Shown here piece by piece: positions 25,330 to 28,771 of a stretch of 28,771 nt of DNA (positions are counted from its first letter, which is position 1; each line of letters begins with the position of its first letter). A program made the translations under genes and the position numbers. The stretch spans positions 1 to 28,771 of the forward strand of contig CANQBY010000001.1 in the NCBI GenBank assembly GCA_947589695.1, given 5' to 3'. Source of the stretch: an uncultured Bacilli bacterium (GTDB lineage Bacteria; Bacillota_I; Bacilli_A; RF39; UBA660). The notes under the pieces were generated by a model. That model did not search any database and was not told where the DNA came from. It saw only the letters and a program-made list of their open reading frames with translations.

Positions 25330-26049
25330 TTATTTTAAAATTGATACTAAATAATCAGAAAATTCTTGTTCTGTTATATTAGAAGTTTCAATATCAAAAT
25401 TATAGCCATTATAACTAAATATAGTATAAAAACTTTTCTCATATTTGTATATTCTTAATTCTATACCATTTATAGTTGTTATTTTACTATCTTCTTCACT
25501 AAAATAATAATCTCTTAATGGTTCTTGATCTTTAGAATATTTAACCTCAATACTTCTTTCGTTACCATCAGTAATAAGCATTATATAATTAGCTATTACA
25601 TTATATTCATTGCTCTCAATATCCTTTTTAGTATAAACAATATAATTTTTAGTTTGGGTTAAATCACTAGGAATAATAAACCATTCTTCATTTTGATTAG
25701 CATTTACTTTAAAAGGATAAGGTATATTAAGACCACTAACAGTTTTAATATCAGCATCTAAACTTGTCATACCTACTTTTGATAAATCATTTATATTTAA
25801 AGTTATATTGTTTTCTTTATCAATATATGGTTTATTTTCATATAAGTTTTTATTATCATTTTTATAATTTAAAAATATAATTCCACTTATAAAAACTGCC
25901 AAACATATTGGTACTAAAGACCATTTTAATAAATTATTTTCTTTTTTCATTTTTCTTTCCTTTTCTATTTTTGTAATTATTTCATTATAATTATTTGTTG
26001 GGTTAATATCTTGTTCTATAGCATTTTTTAATTTTTCTTTGTTAGTCAT
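25330..26049 (-). CDS. Putative membrane-spanning anti-sigma factor, 239 aa
   Basis: ATG 26049 overlaps the ECF sigma stop (ATGACTAA); short cytoplasmic N-terminus, one TM (WSLVPICLAVFISGIIFL), extracellular domain. Confidence 0.65.
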   Translation of the reverse strand: MTNKEKLKNAIEQDINPTNNYNEIITKIEKERKMKKENNLLKWSLVPICLAVFISGIIFLNYKNDNKNLYENKPYIDKENNITLNINDLSKVGMTSLDADIKTVSGLNIPYPFKVNANQNEEWFIIPSDLTQTKNYIVYTKKDIESNEYNVIANYIMLITDGNERSIEVKYSKDQEPLRDYYFSEEDSKITTINGIELRIYKYEKSFYTIFSYNGYNFDIETSNITEQEFSDYLVSILK

Positions 26050-26602
26050 GAGAAATACCCCCATTTCCAAAATTTTTTTGCAATTCCTTTAATGTCCTAT
26101 AGATTAAATTTTTTATATACGATTCACTCACTTTTAATTCTTTAGAGATTTCTTTAATTGATAAGTCTAATTTATAATATAAATAAAATACTTTAGGAAT
26201 ATCTTGATTTTTTTGACTTTTAATAAATTGCCATATAGTATTCCAATTATCTTTTTGAATAACAAAATTTTCAATATTTATTTTATCTTCTAATAAAACA
26301 ATTAACTCTATATCTTTATCATTTTTTTCAAATATAGAGATAGTCTTTATTTTTTTTAGTATTGTATAATGCTTTTTGATTTTGTTATTAGCAATACCCA
26401 TAAGATAACTTTTAATATTAATATCTGATAATTCTTTTTTATTTAGGATATTCCATAATTCTAAATAAGTTTCTTGGATAATATCGTTAGTATCATTTAT
26501 ATTATGACATTTTACAATTACAAATTTAAGTAAATCTAAATAAGTTTTATCATATATATCATTAAATTTAGATAGGTAAGATTCGCTAGCCATATTCATC
26601 AC
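26042..26602 (-). CDS. ECF-type RNA polymerase sigma-70 factor
   Basis: Region 2 (DTNDIIQETYLELW...KSYLMGIANN) and region 4 (VFYLYYKLDLSIKEISKELKVSESYIKNLIYR). Confidence 0.88.
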   Translation of the reverse strand: MMNMASESYLSKFNDIYDKTYLDLLKFVIVKCHNINDTNDIIQETYLELWNILNKKELSDINIKSYLMGIANNKIKKHYTILKKIKTISIFEKNDKDIELIVLLEDKINIENFVIQKDNWNTIWQFIKSQKNQDIPKVFYLYYKLDLSIKEISKELKVSESYIKNLIYRTLKELQKNFGNGGISHD

Positions 26603-26711
26603 CTACAATATAATAATCCCAATTTTTTAAGGAAAAGTTTCAAAAAATTATTTTTTTATACATAGAAAAAGCAAATTAAAAATAATTTACTCCCACAAAT
26701 GGTAACTTTGA

Positions 26712-27011
26712 TTACATTTTAACTCTTAAATCCTTGCAAGTATCTAATACTATATCTTTTAATGTTTCTTTATTATCGACATCAATAACTAAATACATAG
26801 GTTTAGCACTTTCATAAGGTATAGATTCTTGCATATTATATTTTTTATTACTATCTACTATTTTAACAAGTAATCTATCATCATAAATACCACCAAATAA
26901 TATTCCATTATAATAAAGTAAATATTCTCCCATCATTGATTTGCAAGTAATCGTATCTAATAAGTTTAATTGTTCTAATACAAAATCTTTAAACTCTTTT
27001 GTTGTAGCCAT
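26712..27011 (-). CDS. TfoX/Sxy N-terminal domain protein, 99 aa
   Basis: KSMMGEYLLYYNGILFGGIYDDRLLVK...PYESAKPM; start at ATG 27011 after GGAG. Confidence 0.8.
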   Translation of the reverse strand: MATTKEFKDFVLEQLNLLDTITCKSMMGEYLLYYNGILFGGIYDDRLLVKIVDSNKKYNMQESIPYESAKPMYLVIDVDNKETLKDIVLDTCKDLRVKM

Positions 27012-27230
27012 ATAATCAATTCTCCAATTCTTTCGCAAAATACTATTTGTTTCATTAAATATTATATCAAAAAAAGTAAATCTCATATAGAGTATTTTTA
27101 GATTTAGAACACAAGTGTTTATAAAGTTCTTTCCAATTATTAGAAAAATAATTCTTTTTTTCTATTGATACTATCTTAAAAAGTAGTATAATTTTTGATA
27201 AGAAAATAATATTGTTATAGAGTTGGTAAT

Positions 27231-27956
27231 ATGAATTTAAAAGTTAAAAAATATTTGTTTATTACTTTTGGAATAAGTTGGATAAGTTGGTTAACAGTGA
27301 TTATATTAATGCAATTTGGTCTTGCTAAATATCCCGATATTTTAAGTGGTTTAATAGGAATCATAGGAACTTTAGGCCCTTCTATTGCGGCAATTATGAT
27401 GGTAGAAGGGCGAAAAAATTTAAGAAATATCTTCCATTTTATATTTAATAAAAAAGAAAAAACTTATTTCTATTTAATTATTTTTAGTATAATTTTAATT
27501 TTAAGTTTTGCTTTTATTGGCACTTATAATAAAGAAATACCATATTATTTTATAATACCATTATTTATATATGCTTTAACTTTTGGAGGTGGCTTTGAAG
27601 AATTAGGATGGAGAGGAATACTGCAACCCAATTTAGAAAAACAGCATTCATTTATCATTAGTGCATTAATAACCGGAATTATATGGGGATTATGGCATGC
27701 TCCACTCCAAATAATTCAAGGGTATGCTTTATTTGATCTTAGTTTTTTTCCATTTATGTTGGGAATAATAACGTTTAGCATTTTTTTAGCTTATATTTAT
27801 CAAAAAACAAATTCTATATTTTGCTGTGCTTTTTTTCATGGTTTATATAATACCTTAACAACAATTTTTATAACTAATATTGGATCATTAATTATAGAGT
27901 TATTACTGGCGGTAATATGCTTAGCTTTATATTATAAAGAAAAAATAAGAAAATAA
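27231..27956 (+). CDS. CPBP (CAAX/Abi) family intramembrane metalloprotease
   Basis: FEELGWRG, WGLWHAP, FFHGLYN motifs; multi-TM. Confidence 0.9.
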   Translation: MNLKVKKYLFITFGISWISWLTVIILMQFGLAKYPDILSGLIGIIGTLGPSIAAIMMVEGRKNLRNIFHFIFNKKEKTYFYLIIFSIILILSFAFIGTYNKEIPYYFIIPLFIYALTFGGGFEELGWRGILQPNLEKQHSFIISALITGIIWGLWHAPLQIIQGYALFDLSFFPFMLGIITFSIFLAYIYQKTNSIFCCAFFHGLYNTLTTIFITNIGSLIIELLLAVICLALYYKEKIRK

Positions 27957-27966
27957 TTTTAATAAA

Positions 27967-28013
27967 AACCCCCTAAGATATTTTGATACTTTAGTAAAAA
28001 TTCTTAGGGGTTT
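27967..28013. terminator. Inverted repeat between convergent genes, probable bidirectional terminator
   Basis: CCCCTAAGA ... TCTTAGGGG, flanked by A and T runs. Confidence 0.5.
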
Positions 28014-28040
28014 AATTTTTTTGACATAAATTAAATAAGC

Positions 28041-28691
28041 TTATTTTAATTTTCGCTTTCTTTCACCTATTTCATTATTGATTGCATAATTGGAAACAGC
28101 TTTAAAATTATCATCATAAGGATAAACCTGTTGACCAAATTGAAGCCACATTGTTGACCAAGAAGCACCATTTTTAAGTAATTCTTTAACTATTTCATTG
28201 TTCATAGTTGCATTACCTTCTTGTTTAGCTAAATCAACACAACCTTCTTCGTCATATAATTTACTTTGTAAATCACATTCTAATTTATCGCATTGATAAG
28301 CAAACACTGATTCTTTGGTATTTCGGGCATCAAATTCTAAAAATAATTCTTCAATTTGACTACCGTCTAATAAACCACTTAATATTCTATGAACTGCTTC
28401 ATGTTCCAGTTTCTCTTTTTCTTGTTTAGATATTTGAAATTGGGTTAAATCGCCAATGATAGTCTCACCAATTTCATGTACTGCTAGCATAAATATAACT
28501 TTCATAATATTAATATCATATTTATACTCTGATTTCATAGCAATTGCTAGCATTTGGACTCCGAAAATATGTTCTGCAACACTTTCAATTCTTTCTCTTT
28601 GAACATTCCAATTTTTCCAACCTGTTCTTATAACATTTTTTAATCTATTACATATAACATAATAATTTATTACATTTTGTTCTTTTGACAT
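28041..28691 (-). CDS. HD-domain phosphohydrolase (YfbR/HDDC2-like 5'-deoxynucleotidase)
   Basis: LKNVIRTGW...ESVAEH...LAVHEIGETIIGD...CDKLE. Confidence 0.85.
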   Translation of the reverse strand: MSKEQNVINYYVICNRLKNVIRTGWKNWNVQRERIESVAEHIFGVQMLAIAMKSEYKYDINIMKVIFMLAVHEIGETIIGDLTQFQISKQEKEKLEHEAVHRILSGLLDGSQIEELFLEFDARNTKESVFAYQCDKLECDLQSKLYDEEGCVDLAKQEGNATMNNEIVKELLKNGASWSTMWLQFGQQVYPYDDNFKAVSNYAINNEIGERKRKLK

Positions 28692-28771
28692 AAAATTGCC
28701 TCTTTTCGATGAATTATTATAGTCTTTAATTTTATATTTGTCAATAATATCAATTGTTTGTGACTTTTAAG

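Noticed and set aside
16727-27086. N-terminal extensions in the ORF track (16777, 19192, 19728, 26070, 27086; also 10308)
   Set aside because: Downstream starts have clear RBSs or coupling overlaps; most of the extensions overlap neighbouring genes.

Overview
Very AT-rich chromosome segment of a walled, low-GC Bacillota organism (murD, SEDS, cdaA-cdaR, LTA synthase, cotJ; gene style suggests an uncultured gut Bacilli lineage such as RF39, which is inference). Two regions stand out. (1) 5.46-7.76 kb: a membrane-anchored protein whose 3' end carries a 60%-GC, NNY-codon variable region typical of a diversity-generating retroelement (DGR) target. No template repeat or reverse transcriptase is in the window. 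The gene is flanked by a divergent XRE repressor with three operator boxes, a downstream promoter-hairpin-terminator sRNA candidate complementary to the gene's own RBS, and a switch-like structured RNA behind the repressor. (2) 16.8-25.2 kb: an integrase-free island of about 8.2 kb behind tRNA-Gly(GCC), bounded by a ~115-125 bp direct repeat and carrying att-like relics. It encodes a tightly coupled four-gene operon (six Zn-ribbons plus a Vsr-like nuclease, a PD-(D/E)XK nuclease, a putative HhH DNA glycosylase, an unknown 404-aa protein) and a GmrSD-type DUF262/DUF1524 protein: a candidate defence locus against modified DNA. The rest is housekeeping or ordinary accessory genes (ECF sigma/anti-sigma, TfoX-N, CPBP protease, HD protein). 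All family calls come from motif recognition by eye, not from database searches.
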